Origin: Nanoarchaeota archaeon SCGC AAA011-G17
Lineage (GTDB): Archaea; Nanobdellota; Nanobdellia; SCGC-AAA011-G17
NCBI GenBank assembly: GCA_000402515.1
Contig: AQRL01000035.1
Location: forward strand, 36,006-100,005
Reading direction: 5' to 3'
DNA: 64,000 bases
Made by a program: the position numbers and the translations under genes. The notes under the pieces were generated by a model that saw nothing but the letters and a program-made list of their open reading frames with translations, was not told the origin of the DNA and ran no database searches. Positions 18,345 to 29,300 of the stretch are shown one piece after another (the first letter of the stretch is position 1; every line of letters starts with the position of its first letter).

Positions 18345-20042
18345 TCACATCTCTTCTGGAGCCGTTATTGCCAAGAGATTTAACCCATTGCTTAGAACTT
18401 GTTTGGTTGCCTGCAGCAAGGATAAACGCGCCTGTTTTATCTTTTCCGGGGCTTGTAATACCTTGTGTTTATGATAGAATTCATTGGATAAATGGGATAG
18501 TTCGAGGAGATAATTTGCTATTAAATATGGTTTGTATTCTTCTGCTGCTTTCTTTATTACAGAAGGGAATAAGGACAGCTTTGTGATTAAATTAAACTCT
18601 TCTGACTGTTCTAATGCCTTGTAGTTTACATTCTTTGGTTTTTCTTTTCTTAAGATTGAAGAGATTCTTGCATAGGTATACTGAATATATGGGCCTGTAT
18701 CTCCCTCAAATTCCAAAGCTTTGTCTGGTGAAAAAATAATAACTTTTTCTGGTCCTTGTTTTAGAATATCAAACTTAATTGCCGAGGAGAAGATTGCCTG
18801 AACTGCTTTTTGTTTCTTCTCTGAAGACCAGGATTTATGGCGCTTTTTTACCTCTGATTCTAGTTTTGATAATAACTCTTTTTTAATCTCTGAATAGGTT
18901 ATTATCTTCCCCTTTCTAGAGGCCATTCTCCCTTCTGGCAGCATTACTAATTCATAAGACAAATGATAGCATTTTTTTGCCTGTTTAAACCCGTATAATT
19001 CCAAAATCTTGAATAGCTGCTGGAAATGTAATTTTTGTTCTGAACCTGTAATATAAATTAATTTATCCAGTTTATAGCTGTTTAAACGATCTATTGCCAT
19101 TGCAATATCTTTTGTTATGTATAAAGAGGTAGAATCACTCTTAAGGACCAGGGCCTTGTAAAGGTTATATCCCTCTAAATTAATTATAATTGCCCCTTCA
19201 CTATGCTCTGCTATCTTTTTCTTTAGCAATTCTGAAACAATTAATTTACCTTTGTTAATATAATCTGAATCAAAATAAGTTTTATCAAATTTCACGTCGA
19301 GATCTTTATAGATTTTATTAAAATAATCTAAGCTGTCTTTTACCCCCTGTTTCCATATCTTCAGATATTTTGGATCTTTTTCTTCTATCTTTTTATGAAT
19401 CTCCTGCTCTATGCCTGAATCCCCTAATTTTTCTGATGCTAAGGAATAAACATAACCAAGCCATTCTCCTCTATCTTTTGTTGGTTTTTCTTTTAGATGC
19501 TCTAGACCCCAGATACATTTGGATACATGGGTTCCTGTATCATTCAGATAGTTTACTGGAATCACCTTATATCCCTGAAATTTAAGAATTCTAACTAAAC
19601 TTTCTCCCAAAACAGTATTTCTTAAGTGACCTATGTGAAAGGCCTTGAAGGGATTAGGGCCTGAGAATTCAACCATTATTTTTTCTTTATTTAGTGATGA
19701 GCCATATTTGTCTTTTTTCTTTAGAATTTCCTGGATTGTTTGCTTTGTCAGCTCTGCCTTATTTATGTAAAAATTCAGATAAGGTCCTTGCGCCTGAATT
19801 GATTGTATAAACCCCTGCGGTTTTATTTTTAGCTCTAGATAATTTGCTATCTCATGTGGCGGCTTTTTGAATAGTTTTGATAGCTGAAAGCAAGGCAAGG
19901 CATAGTCTCCAAGTTCTGGATTTGGAGGAATTTCTAGTTTCAGGTCCTGCTTTGTCTCTTTTTTTAGAAGTTTTAGGATTTCTTTTTCAAAGTCCATTTG
20001 CAAAAAAAAGCTTAATTTGTATATAAATCTTGGGATTGTCAA
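18345..20042 (-). CDS. argS: Arginyl-tRNA synthetase (class I)
   Basis: 'FHIGHLRN' HIGH motif. C-terminal DALK-type anticodon-binding domain ('ANYLLELSHLSNEFY'). The start may be the internal Met 'MDFEKEIL'. Confidence 0.9.
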   Translation of the reverse strand: MTIPRFIYKLSFFLQMDFEKEILKLLKKETKQDLKLEIPPNPELGDYALPCFQLSKLFKKPPHEIANYLELKIKPQGFIQSIQAQGPYLNFYINKAELTKQTIQEILKKKDKYGSSLNKEKIMVEFSGPNPFKAFHIGHLRNTVLGESLVRILKFQGYKVIPVNYLNDTGTHVSKCIWGLEHLKEKPTKDRGEWLGYVYSLASEKLGDSGIEQEIHKKIEEKDPKYLKIWKQGVKDSLDYFNKIYKDLDVKFDKTYFDSDYINKGKLIVSELLKKKIAEHSEGAIIINLEGYNLYKALVLKSDSTSLYITKDIAMAIDRLNSYKLDKLIYITGSEQKLHFQQLFKILELYGFKQAKKCYHLSYELVMLPEGRMASRKGKIITYSEIKKELLSKLESEVKKRHKSWSSEKKQKAVQAIFSSAIKFDILKQGPEKVIIFSPDKALEFEGDTGPYIQYTYARISSILRKEKPKNVNYKALEQSEEFNLITKLSLFPSVIKKAAEEYKPYLIANYLLELSHLSNEFYHKHKVLQAPEKIKQARLSLLQATKQVLSNGLNLLAITAPEEM

Positions 20043-20084
20043 CCCATTATTTTAAACGGATGATAGGAATTCTTATATAGTATT

Positions 20085-20363
20085 TTGCATTTTAAGACCT
20101 TGATGAGCCTAATCTCTGATAATAAAAAAGAGAAGATAAGAATGGATATATTAAGATTTCTTTATGATGAATATCCTAAAATGCTTTATACCTATGAGGT
20201 TGCGGATGCACTTACAAGGAATGATGAGTTTATTTTGGGTTTATTAATAGAACTGAGAGATAAAAAAGCAGTACATTGGATTGAAGAGACTAAAGGAGGA
20301 AAGATTAAGAGGAAATGGGGAATGAATGAACTGATATTCAAAACCTATAAGGAATTACTTTAA
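20085..20363 (+). CDS. small winged-helix protein
   Basis: 92-aa ORF, '[40 protein letters not shown]'. Confidence 0.35.
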   Translation: MHFKTLMSLISDNKKEKIRMDILRFLYDEYPKMLYTYEVADALTRNDEFILGLLIELRDKKAVHWIEETKGGKIKRKWGMNELIFKTYKELL

Positions 20364-21710
20364 TAACTTTTTAAGAACCAATTCGTGCCCTTTCCAGACC
20401 AGAGCTTCTTTTAGAACATCCTGGATTGTTGATGCGGGAATAATTTTTATCTTTTCCTGATTTTCTTTGGATAATTTAACATCTTGAATATTTGATTGGG
20501 GGATTATAACCCTTGATATACCTGCTTCAATTGCTGCTTCTATTTTTGGAGTAACGCCCCCTACTGCCAATACCTCCCCCCTTATTGATAATGAACCAGT
20601 CATTGCTGTGTCTTGTCTTATTGGAATTCCTTTGAATGCTGAAATGATTGCTGTTGCTACTGCTATTGAAGCTGAATCTCCTTCTACCCCCTCTGAGGCG
20701 GTTTGCAAAAACTGAATAAAAATATCATGTTTAACATCCTCGCCAAAATGTTTTAAAATAATTGCTGAAACATTCTTTACTGCTTCCTTTGCAATTATCC
20801 CAAGCTTTCCTGTTGCTACAAATTCTGATTTTTTTCCGCCGGGGGTTACTTCTGATTCTATTGGCAAGACAATTCCGGAGAATGCAAAACCATCCCCTAT
20901 AACTGCCAGACCATTAACTCTCCCTACTCTTTGTCCTTTTGTTATTATTATATCATATTTTTTCTTGTCTTCTATATACCTGTCTGCCATTTGCTGCTCT
21001 AGTGTTCTTGCGAGTTTTTTTGCTTCAATTATCTGTTTTCTATCTACTACATTTAATCCCTGTTCTTTTGCTAAATCCCCTGCTGCTCTTATTAATCCGC
21101 CAAGCTCTCTTAATCTTAATGTTAATTTCTCGGATGTATTTGCCCTTCTTTTTGCCTCATTTATTATTTCCTGAACAGCTTCATGAGTAAATGGGGGTAT
21201 TTTTTTGTCCTTTGCTATTTCCTGTGCTACAAACAAGGTCAATTTATTCCTGTTTTCCTGCGTATCATCTATCTCTGAATTCATATAAATTTCATAACCA
21301 TAACCCCTTATTCTTGATCTTAATGCAGGATGCATTCTTTTTATTGTCTCAACGTTTCCTGCTGCTACTAAAATAAAGTCTGTTGGAACTGGTTCTGACA
21401 TTGTTGTTGAGCCAGATGAACGTTCGGATTGCCCCTTAATCGGATATTTTTTTTCCTGCATTGCTGTTAAAAGTTCTTGTTGTGATTCTGTTGTTAGTGT
21501 TGCAACCTCATCCATAAATAAAACTCCCCCACTTGACTTGTGAATCATCCCTGGTATTAGTCTCTCATAGGCAGGAGTACCCAGACCCCCTGAATTCTTC
21601 ACTAGAATTCCATTTACTATTAGATTGCCTGACTTTGTAGTTAAATTATACAAATAACCCCTGTAAGACACTTTTTCTATTTTCTTTATTTTTTCTGTTT
21701 TTAGTTCCAT
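20355..21710 (-). CDS. lonB: LonB protease, C-terminal part: intein C-segment (39 aa) + AAA+ remainder + Ser-Lys protease domain
   Basis: Begins '[39 protein letters not shown]' (intein blocks F/G), then '[29 protein letters not shown]' (LonB sensor region). Catalytic 'GDSASIA' and a downstream Lys. Confidence 0.85.
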   Translation of the reverse strand: MELKTEKIKKIEKVSYRGYLYNLTTKSGNLIVNGILVKNSGGLGTPAYERLIPGMIHKSSGGVLFMDEVATLTTESQQELLTAMQEKKYPIKGQSERSSGSTTMSEPVPTDFILVAAGNVETIKRMHPALRSRIRGYGYEIYMNSEIDDTQENRNKLTLFVAQEIAKDKKIPPFTHEAVQEIINEAKRRANTSEKLTLRLRELGGLIRAAGDLAKEQGLNVVDRKQIIEAKKLARTLEQQMADRYIEDKKKYDIIITKGQRVGRVNGLAVIGDGFAFSGIVLPIESEVTPGGKKSEFVATGKLGIIAKEAVKNVSAIILKHFGEDVKHDIFIQFLQTASEGVEGDSASIAVATAIISAFKGIPIRQDTAMTGSLSIRGEVLAVGGVTPKIEAAIEAGISRVIIPQSNIQDVKLSKENQEKIKIIPASTIQDVLKEALVWKGHELVLKKLLK

Positions 21711-22115
21711 TTTTCCAATGATTGTTGTGTTAGGATGAAATTTAATATATTATTATTTTACAAAAACTTCTTCCCCTTTTTTTAGTTTTGAGGCTTCTGT
21801 ATACTGCTTTTTTCCTTTGTTATTAACTGCTATTTTGTGCTCTGGTGTAACTAACAACGTTTTCCCTGACTCTGTTGTTATTTTATATAGATAGGGTTTG
21901 TCTGATTTGTATTTATTAACTGAAAGTACTTCTACAGGCTGGATTTTCCCATTCTTTTCTGCTAATATGTATAATTCATCTTTTTTAAGATATACTGCTA
22001 TGTATCCCTTTTTCTTAATTAATTCTTTTTCGTGCTTTTTTAGTATTTTATTTACTTCTGTTGAAATATTTACTTTTTTTCCATTTTTTATGAGTTTATT
22101 GTTACCACTAAATGA
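21594..22115 (-). other. Mini-intein in LonB interrupted by tandem in-frame TAA TAA stops (N-segment 120 aa, C-segment 39 aa)
   Basis: Block A 'SFSGNNKLIKNGKKVNI' and block B 'LLVTPEHKIAV' lie in the upstream ORF. Blocks F/G '[21 protein letters not shown]|S' lie in the downstream ORF. Both are in the same frame, separated by TAATAA + 13 codons + ATG. Confidence 0.75.
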
Positions 22116-22730
22116 TTGTAACGGGTCATGAAGTACATCACCAAGCAATGCCCCTATTCTCGCCCCTGTTGCATCTAAGAAGGGTGCCTTTGACTGCTTA
22201 GAGTTATCAATTAGTAATTTTGGTATTTGTATTTTTGAAAAATTTATTCTTTTTCCAATATTAATAAATAAAATAAATCCTGCTAAGAATATCATTGAGC
22301 CTATCAGTGATGCTGCGGCCATTATATCTCCATATTGCTTTCTTACTATCCATGGGGTAATTAGAGAGATTATTAACAAAACAAAGAAAAGTATATTCTG
22401 GTTTTTTGTTGAAGCAACTGCCTGAATTTTTAGTTTATCTACTATTTCCTTTCCTTTTCCCTTTGCAACTGTTTTTATTAATGGGGTGTTATCATCAATG
22501 GGATTTGGATAAGACAAAATATCTTGTAATTTTTCTTCTGGCAATAATTCTGCAAGACCCTGAGCAAGCATACTCTTACCTGTTCCCGGATCTCCAATAA
22601 GAAGGATGTTTCTTCTTTGTTTGGCTGCTTTCTTGATTAAATTTACTGCTTCATTCTGACCTATAATCTGGTCTACTAATTTCTCCGGTATTTTAAGTTC
22701 CTTAGTTGTTTTAAATTTTAGATTGGTCAT
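21753..22730 (-). CDS. lonB: LonB protease, N-terminal part: AAA+ Walker A + membrane anchor + intein N-segment
   Basis: 'GDPGTGKS' Walker A. Two TM helices inserted in the ATPase domain (the archaeal LonB hallmark). 'PFLDATGARIGALLGDVLHDPLQ', then the intein N-segment. Confidence 0.85.
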   Translation of the reverse strand: MTNLKFKTTKELKIPEKLVDQIIGQNEAVNLIKKAAKQRRNILLIGDPGTGKSMLAQGLAELLPEEKLQDILSYPNPIDDNTPLIKTVAKGKGKEIVDKLKIQAVASTKNQNILFFVLLIISLITPWIVRKQYGDIMAAASLIGSMIFLAGFILFINIGKRINFSKIQIPKLLIDNSKQSKAPFLDATGARIGALLGDVLHDPLQSFSGNNKLIKNGKKVNISTEVNKILKKHEKELIKKKGYIAVYLKKDELYILAEKNGKIQPVEVLSVNKYKSDKPYLYKITTESGKTLLVTPEHKIAVNNKGKKQYTEASKLKKGEEVFVK

Positions 22731-22759
22731 AATAAGAAAATAGTAAGATAAAAAAGCTT

Positions 22760-23023
22760 TTAAATTATATCTTCTTCGGCAACTACTACAAAGTCACCTA
22801 CTGCCATAACAGAACTAAAAGGTATTAGTAATTCTCCATTTGGTGTTCTTTCCAACTCAAGTCCCTCTGTGTACCCTGTTGGGTTTCTAAGAACTATTTG
22901 AAGTAGTTCACCTGTTCTTGTTTCAAATGTTATATCGGCAACTTCACCAAATCTTTTTCCTGTTTTGCTTACAACAATCTTACCCATTAGTTGTCTAGAA
23001 TACTTTTTTTCGTCTTCTGCCAT
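22760..23023 (-). CDS. PRC-barrel domain protein
   Basis: 'GKIVVSKTGKRFGEVADITFETRTGELLQIVL...LLIPFSSVMAVGDFVVV'. Confidence 0.5.
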   Translation of the reverse strand: MAEDEKKYSRQLMGKIVVSKTGKRFGEVADITFETRTGELLQIVLRNPTGYTEGLELERTPNGELLIPFSSVMAVGDFVVVAEEDII

Positions 23024-23099
23024 GACTTGTGTAGAATGTTAGGTTATTTATATACTTTTCTTTTATTTAATGCAGATTTTTGAGTTTATGTTGGATATA

Positions 23100-23459
23100 C
23101 CCACACACCTATATTTCGTATGGAGTAATGGAGATTATTATTTCTTATGAATAACTTTTATTTATTATTTATTAATTAGTTTCTTTTTTAGTTAATAAGC
23201 AAATGGTTAATTTCGATGATTTTGGGGTATGATAAAATGATAGTAGAAGGCTTGTATTAACTTATCTCTATTTCCCATTATAAATTTTTCTATGTTATAT
23301 TATATTATATACTATTATATATATTTTGTATTATACTTTTTAGAGTGTTATAACTAAAAAGTTCTATGAGAAACATAGGTGTTCTTGATGAGTGATTATA
23401 ACTGAAAAGATGGCTAAGTTTCAGCAATACAATCTCCATAGGCAATGATGGTGTGGGTG
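23100..23459. promoter_or_regulatory. Candidate chromosomal replication origin (oriC): inverted ORB-like repeats flanking an AT-rich unwinding region, directly upstream of orc1/cdc6
   Basis: 'CCCACACACC...TATGGAGTAATGGAGATT' at 23100..23136. Its inverted partner 'AATCTCCATAGGCAATGATGGTGTGGGTG' at 23431..23459. About 295 bp of (TA)n-rich DNA in between. Direct repeats 'T(G)ATTATAACT(A/G)AAAAG' x2 at about 23351 and 23391. Confidence 0.5.
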
Positions 23460-23509
23460 TTATTTCCTTTAAAGAAAATTCTTAAAAGCAAGCAGATGAT
23501 TTTAGTTAT

Positions 23510-24715
23510 ATGGTTAAGGTAGATTTAAACAATTTTTTTAAGGATTATCTCGATAAGAAACCCTTAATTCTAAATAAAAGATCATTACAAAATAATTATA
23601 CCCCAAGTGAGATTCCCCATAGGGATGAACAGATAAAGCAAATTGCTGGGATTCTTGCACCTAGTCTGAGAATGGAAAAACCATCTAATCTATTCATTTA
23701 CGGAAAAACGGGAACGGGCAAGACAGTTGTTACAAAATATGTCACTGAACAAATAATCAGCGCAAGCAAGGAAAAAAAGATACCACTAAAGGTATTTTAC
23801 TTAAATTGCAAGATGAAAAGAGTTGCTGATACTGAGTATAGAATAATTTCTCAATTGGCAAAGGCCTTTGGTGAAGAGGTTCCTGCCACTGGTTTGCCAA
23901 CAGATGAGGTTTATAGACTATTTTTAGATGCAATAGATAAGGAAAAACAGCTATTAATCTTAATTTTAGATGAAATTGATCAATTAGTCAAGAAAGCAGG
24001 CGATGAAATTCTTTATAATTTAACAAGATTAAGCTCTGAATTAAAAAATGTTGAGATTTGTATAATTGGAATAAGTAATGATTTATTATTCACAGAGAAT
24101 ATAGATCCTAGAGTAAAAAGTTCTTTAAGTGAAGAGGAATTGGTGTTTCCTCCATATAATGCCTTGCAATTACAGGATATTTTGAGAACAAGGGCAAATT
24201 TGGCATTTAGGCCAAATGTTTTGGCAGATGGTGTTATTGAAAAATGTGCGGCTTATGCTGCTAGAGAGCATGGGGATGCAAGAAGGGCCTTAGAATTGTT
24301 GAGAGTAGCTGGTGAATTAGCTGAAAGAAAGAACGAGGATAAAGTAGTTTTAGACCACTTGGATGAAGCAGAAGAGAAAATTGAGAAAGATAGAGTACTT
24401 GATGTTATTAATACACAGCCCAAACAATTCCAAATTACTTTACATTCTATTCTATCTTTGGATTTAGAGAATGAAAGTATTTTTACCGGAGATTTATATG
24501 ATGTTTATAAAACTAATTGCTTAACAATGGGATTAAAACCATTGACACAGAGAAGAGTTTCTGATATTATAGCTGAATTAGATATGTTAGGAATTATTCA
24601 TGCAAAGGTAATTTCCAAGGGAAGATATGGCAGAACCAGACAAATTTCCGTGGCAATCCCCCCCTCAACAATTCCAAATATAAAAAACAGTTTGAAAGAA
24701 AATTTAGGTTTATGA
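23510..24715 (+). CDS. cdc6: Orc1/Cdc6 replication initiator (AAA+ with C-terminal winged helix)
   Basis: 'YGKTGTGKT' Walker A. 'LILDEID' Walker B. The wHTH is at the C-terminus. 401 aa. Confidence 0.9.
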   Translation: MVKVDLNNFFKDYLDKKPLILNKRSLQNNYTPSEIPHRDEQIKQIAGILAPSLRMEKPSNLFIYGKTGTGKTVVTKYVTEQIISASKEKKIPLKVFYLNCKMKRVADTEYRIISQLAKAFGEEVPATGLPTDEVYRLFLDAIDKEKQLLILILDEIDQLVKKAGDEILYNLTRLSSELKNVEICIIGISNDLLFTENIDPRVKSSLSEEELVFPPYNALQLQDILRTRANLAFRPNVLADGVIEKCAAYAAREHGDARRALELLRVAGELAERKNEDKVVLDHLDEAEEKIEKDRVLDVINTQPKQFQITLHSILSLDLENESIFTGDLYDVYKTNCLTMGLKPLTQRRVSDIIAELDMLGIIHAKVISKGRYGRTRQISVAIPPSTIPNIKNSLKENLGL

Positions 24716-26364
24716 ACGAGAACATCAGTTATTTTTTGAAAAGGGGTTTTTTGGTATCTCCTGATTTTTTAGATAAATTGAATTCTATTGATAAATCTGA
24801 ATTTTTTAAATTAATAGAAGAAAAAATAAATAATAAGGAGAATCTTATTTTATTAAACAATGATTTGAGCTCGAATATCTTTAGCGGGAACAAGTTAACT
24901 CTTAACTGGCTGGAATTTGATAATTCAAGAGTACTTTTTGAAAAAAATAAAAATAGTGAATTGTATAAAACTTTTTTGGATATCTTGAGTTATGATTTAG
25001 ATTCAAACAAAAAAGAAGAATTAAATCATTTATTAGAAGAAGTGAAAATAGATGAAAAAAATTTAGGATTAGCAGAAGAAAATGGCGATGAAAACAATGT
25101 TATTATCCTAAAATCTTATAATGATGAGTCTAAAAAGAGGGATATTCAGGATTTTGTTGCCTATTTTAAAAACAGATATGAATTTTTGAAGGAGGTATTA
25201 TCAAACAGAAAAGAATTACAAAATGCGATTTCGATTAAAAGATTGTTAGGCAGAGATAAGAATGAGAAAGGGGCTGTTTCTTTAGTAGGATTAATTTATG
25301 ACAAAAATATTACAAAAAATGGAAATATAATATTAAAATTAGAGGATAAAACAAGCATAATACCCCTAATTATTACTAAAAATAACCCCGAGATTTTTAA
25401 TTTAGCAAATAATCTGGTTTTAGATGAGGTTATAGGTATTAATGGCTTTTGTGGGGATAATGTTGTTTTTGTAAATAGTATTTTTTTCCCGGATGTTCCA
25501 CTAACAAAAGAATTAAAGAAATGTAATGAAGAAGTTTATTGTGTTTTTACTTCCGACTTACATATTGGAAGTAAATTATTTTTAGAAGAGGATTTTAGCA
25601 GGTTTATAGATTGGTTGAATTGTAAGGATTGTAATGATGAAGAAAAGAAGATTGTTGAGAAGATTAATTATCTTTTCATAGTGGGAGACCTTATTGACGG
25701 CATTGGCATCTATCCAGGGCAAGAAGAGGATTTGATTATAAAAGACGTATATAAACAATATGAAAAATTTGTTTATTTTATAACTAAGATTCCAAAAAGA
25801 ATAAAAATAATTATTTGCGGAGGAAATCATGATGCACTAAGAATTTCTGAACCCCAGCCAATATTAGAAAAAAATTATGTTGGGTCCTTATATGAAAAAG
25901 ATAATATTTTTTTTGTTACAAACCCTTCATTAGTGAATATTCAATCTTCAAAGGATTTTTCTGGTTTTGATGTTTTGATGTATCATGGATATAGTTTCCC
26001 TTATTTTGCAGATCTTGTTGATGCTATAAGAATGGAAGGGGGGCAGAAGAGGGCCGATTTAATCATGAAATTTTTATTACAAAGAAGACATCTTGCTCCC
26101 ACACATACTTCAAATTTATACATACCAGATGCCAATCAAGACCCCTTACTTATTGATAAGATTCCTGATTTTTTTATCACAGGGCATATCCATAGAGTAA
26201 ATAGTATCAATTACAGAAATATAACCGGACTGAATTGTGGGTGTTGGGTTAGCCAGAGTGAAGAGCAGAAGAAGAGAGGATTGGTTCCAGACCCATCTAA
26301 GATTTTTTTGGTTAATTTACAAACTAGAGAGGTCAAAATAAGAGATTTTAGTAAAAATGAGTAA
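24712..26364 (+). CDS. DNA polymerase II (PolD) small subunit DP1, calcineurin-like phosphoesterase/exonuclease
   Basis: Metallophosphoesterase motifs 'FTSDLHIGS', 'VGDLIDG', 'CGGNHD', 'GHIH'. Overlaps cdc6 by 4 nt and DP2 by 8 nt. Confidence 0.85.
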   Translation: MNENISYFLKRGFLVSPDFLDKLNSIDKSEFFKLIEEKINNKENLILLNNDLSSNIFSGNKLTLNWLEFDNSRVLFEKNKNSELYKTFLDILSYDLDSNKKEELNHLLEEVKIDEKNLGLAEENGDENNVIILKSYNDESKKRDIQDFVAYFKNRYEFLKEVLSNRKELQNAISIKRLLGRDKNEKGAVSLVGLIYDKNITKNGNIILKLEDKTSIIPLIITKNNPEIFNLANNLVLDEVIGINGFCGDNVVFVNSIFFPDVPLTKELKKCNEEVYCVFTSDLHIGSKLFLEEDFSRFIDWLNCKDCNDEEKKIVEKINYLFIVGDLIDGIGIYPGQEEDLIIKDVYKQYEKFVYFITKIPKRIKIIICGGNHDALRISEPQPILEKNYVGSLYEKDNIFFVTNPSLVNIQSSKDFSGFDVLMYHGYSFPYFADLVDAIRMEGGQKRADLIMKFLLQRRHLAPTHTSNLYIPDANQDPLLIDKIPDFFITGHIHRVNSINYRNITGLNCGCWVSQSEEQKKRGLVPDPSKIFLVNLQTREVKIRDFSKNE

Positions 26365-29300
26365 GGAAGATAGTGAAAAATATTTTGATGAAATAAACAA
26401 AAAGATCAATGTAGCTTATGCTATAGCAAGTGAAGCTAGAAAAGAGGGCTATGACCCTGTTGATTCTGTTGAGATTCCAATTGCAAAGAATATGGCTGAA
26501 AGGGTTGTTGGATTAATAAGTTCTATTGTACCACAAATCAAGGATACTAATATTGTTGAGAGGATTCATGAATTAGAGAAAGAGTATGGAAGTCAAGACT
26601 GGAGAGTTGCTTTGAAAATTGCTGAAGAGGTAACAAAAGAAAAATTTTGTAAATTTAAAGATAAATTGGGAGCAATGGAAGTTGGAATCAGAGTTGGGAT
26701 AGCTTATGTAACTAATGGGGTTGTTGCTAGCCCTTTAGAGGGATTTACCGGAATCAAAATCAGAAAAAGAAGAGATGGAGGAGAATATTTTTCATTGTTT
26801 TTTTCTGGACCCATAAGGAGTGCAGGCGGAACAGGGGCTAGTGTTAGTGTTTTGATTGGCGATTATATCAGGAAAATTATGGGCTATCAGAAATATGATC
26901 CCGATGAGAAAGAAATTAGCCGGTTTGTTATTGAACTCAGAGATTATCATGAAAAAATTACTAATCTACAGTATTTTCCAAGCGAAGAAGAATTAAAATT
27001 TATGGTTGAAAACTTACCTGTGCAGATAGACGGAGATCCTTCTGAAAAATATGATGTCAGTAACTATAAGGGATTGGACAGAATGGACACCAACAAATTA
27101 AGAAATGGCGTCTGTTTGGTTTTGGGAGAAGGATTAACACAGAAAGCCCCAAAATTATGGGCGAAGATAAATACCTGGGGAAAGGAGTTTGGAATGGATG
27201 ACTGGTTTTTCTTAGATAAATTTTTGAAACTACAAAAAAGTATGAAGGCCAAAGAAAAAAAGAGCGATGCAGATTCTAATGTAAAAATAAAACCGGACTA
27301 TACCTACATAAATGATTTAGTTGCTGGAAGACCTGTTTTGGGGCATCCATTGAGAAATGGTGCATTTAGATTAAGATACGGTAGGGCAAGAAATAGCGGA
27401 TTAAGCGGAACTGCAATACATCCAGCTACAATGATTATACTAAATGAGTATATTGCCATTGGAACACAATTAAAGTGGGAGAGACCGGGCAAGGGAACTG
27501 TTGTTAGCTCATGTGATAGTATTGAGGGACCAATTGTAAAACTAAACAACGGATGTGTTTTGTTATTAGAAAATGTAGATGATGCCAGAAAGTATTCAAA
27601 GGACGTTGAGGAAATTATCTTTTTGGGAGATGCTCTGATTTCCTATGGTGATTTCAAGAATAGAGCACATCCTTTAGTTCCTTGCGGGTATAATGAGGAA
27701 TGGTGGAAATTAGAATTTGATAAAGCAATTAAAAACAAAGGGATTATTGAAATTACTCAAGAACTGGATGTTGATAAAGAATTTGTAAAGAATTTGTTTA
27801 AGGAGAGATATGTCAAGGTTAGTTTTGATAATGCACTTAAGATTTCTAAAAAATTGGATATACCCATGCATCCAAGATGGACATATCACTTTAAAAATAT
27901 AAATCAAGAGCAATTTCTTAGTTTAATGGATTGGCTTGAGAATGTGAGTGTTAAAAGAGATGAAAAATTCAAGATTATTTTACCCTTTATTTTTGATACG
28001 GCGAAATTAGTTGAGAAACCGGATCCAAAGAGAGTTTTAGAATTATTAGGAATACCTCATCTTGTTGTAAATAAAGAGTATGTTGTTATAGAAGGAGATG
28101 ATGCAAAAGCCTTTGCCTTTAGCCTTGGATTCTTAGAAAAAAATATTGATGAAGACTTATTAAAATTAATTGGAAAGAATTTGAGAGAAGATATTTTAGA
28201 GTTGATAAATAAGATTTCTGGAATTAAATTCAGGGATAAGAATGGAACGTTTATCGGTGCTAGGATGGGTAGACCAGAAAAAGCAAAGATAAGAAAAATG
28301 ACAGGCAGTCCGCATGTTTTATTTCCGGTTGGAGCAGAGGGGGGGAGATTAAGATGTTTTCAAGAAGCATTAGATAAAAAAAGTGTTACTGCAGACTTTC
28401 CTGTTTATTTGTGTGAAGGCTGCAGCCGAGAAACAATTTATCCCACATGTGAATATTGCCATAAAAAAACCAAGAAAAGATATTATTCTAATAAGACAAA
28501 AATGTTTTTAGATGAACCTCCGGAAAATATTACAAAAAGTAATTTTGGAGAATATCTTCCCCATAGAAAGAAAGCAGTGGATATAAATTATTTCTTTGAT
28601 AGAGCAATGCAAAAATTGAGAATCAGAACATGCCCAGATTTGATTAAGGGGGTAAGGGGAATGAGTAATGAGGAGCACATTCCTGAGAACCTTGCTAAGG
28701 GGATATTAAGAGCATTTCATGATATTCAGGTAAATAAAGATGGAACCATAAGATATGATATGACTGAATTGCCCATAACTCACTTTAAACCTAAGGAAAT
28801 AGGAACAAGTGTTGAGAGATTAAAAGAATTAGGCTATGAAAAAGATATAGAAGGAAAAGATTTAATAAATGACGAGCAAATTTTGGAGCTAAAAGTACAA
28901 GATGTTATTTTACCAAGTTGTGACGGTTCTTTTGAAAGGGGAGCAGATGAGATTTTATTTAGGGTAGGTAATTTTGTTGATGATTTATTAGTCAAATTTT
29001 ATGATATGGACTCATTTTATAATTTTAAAGAAAAGGGAGATTTAGTTGGTCATTTAGTTTTATGTCTGGCTCCACATATTTCTGCAGGGATGATTGGCAG
29101 AATAGTTGGATTTAGCAAGACGCAGGGATTTTATGCACATCCATATTTTCATTGTGCTGTCCGTAGAGATTGTTTTGATTATAATACCTTCATTACAATA
29201 AAAGAGAATGATATTTGGAAAAATTTGAAGATTGGTGATTTAGTAGAAAGATTAAATCCAGAGAAGGTCGTTGATAATTTTAATACAAAAGAGATTAAGG

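Noticed and set aside
21711-21755. Interpreting the LonB break as a simple frameshift.
   Set aside because: Both ORFs are in the same frame. The interruption is two clean TAA codons, not an indel. A sequencing error cannot be excluded from sequence alone, so it is reported as a finding rather than a pseudogene call.
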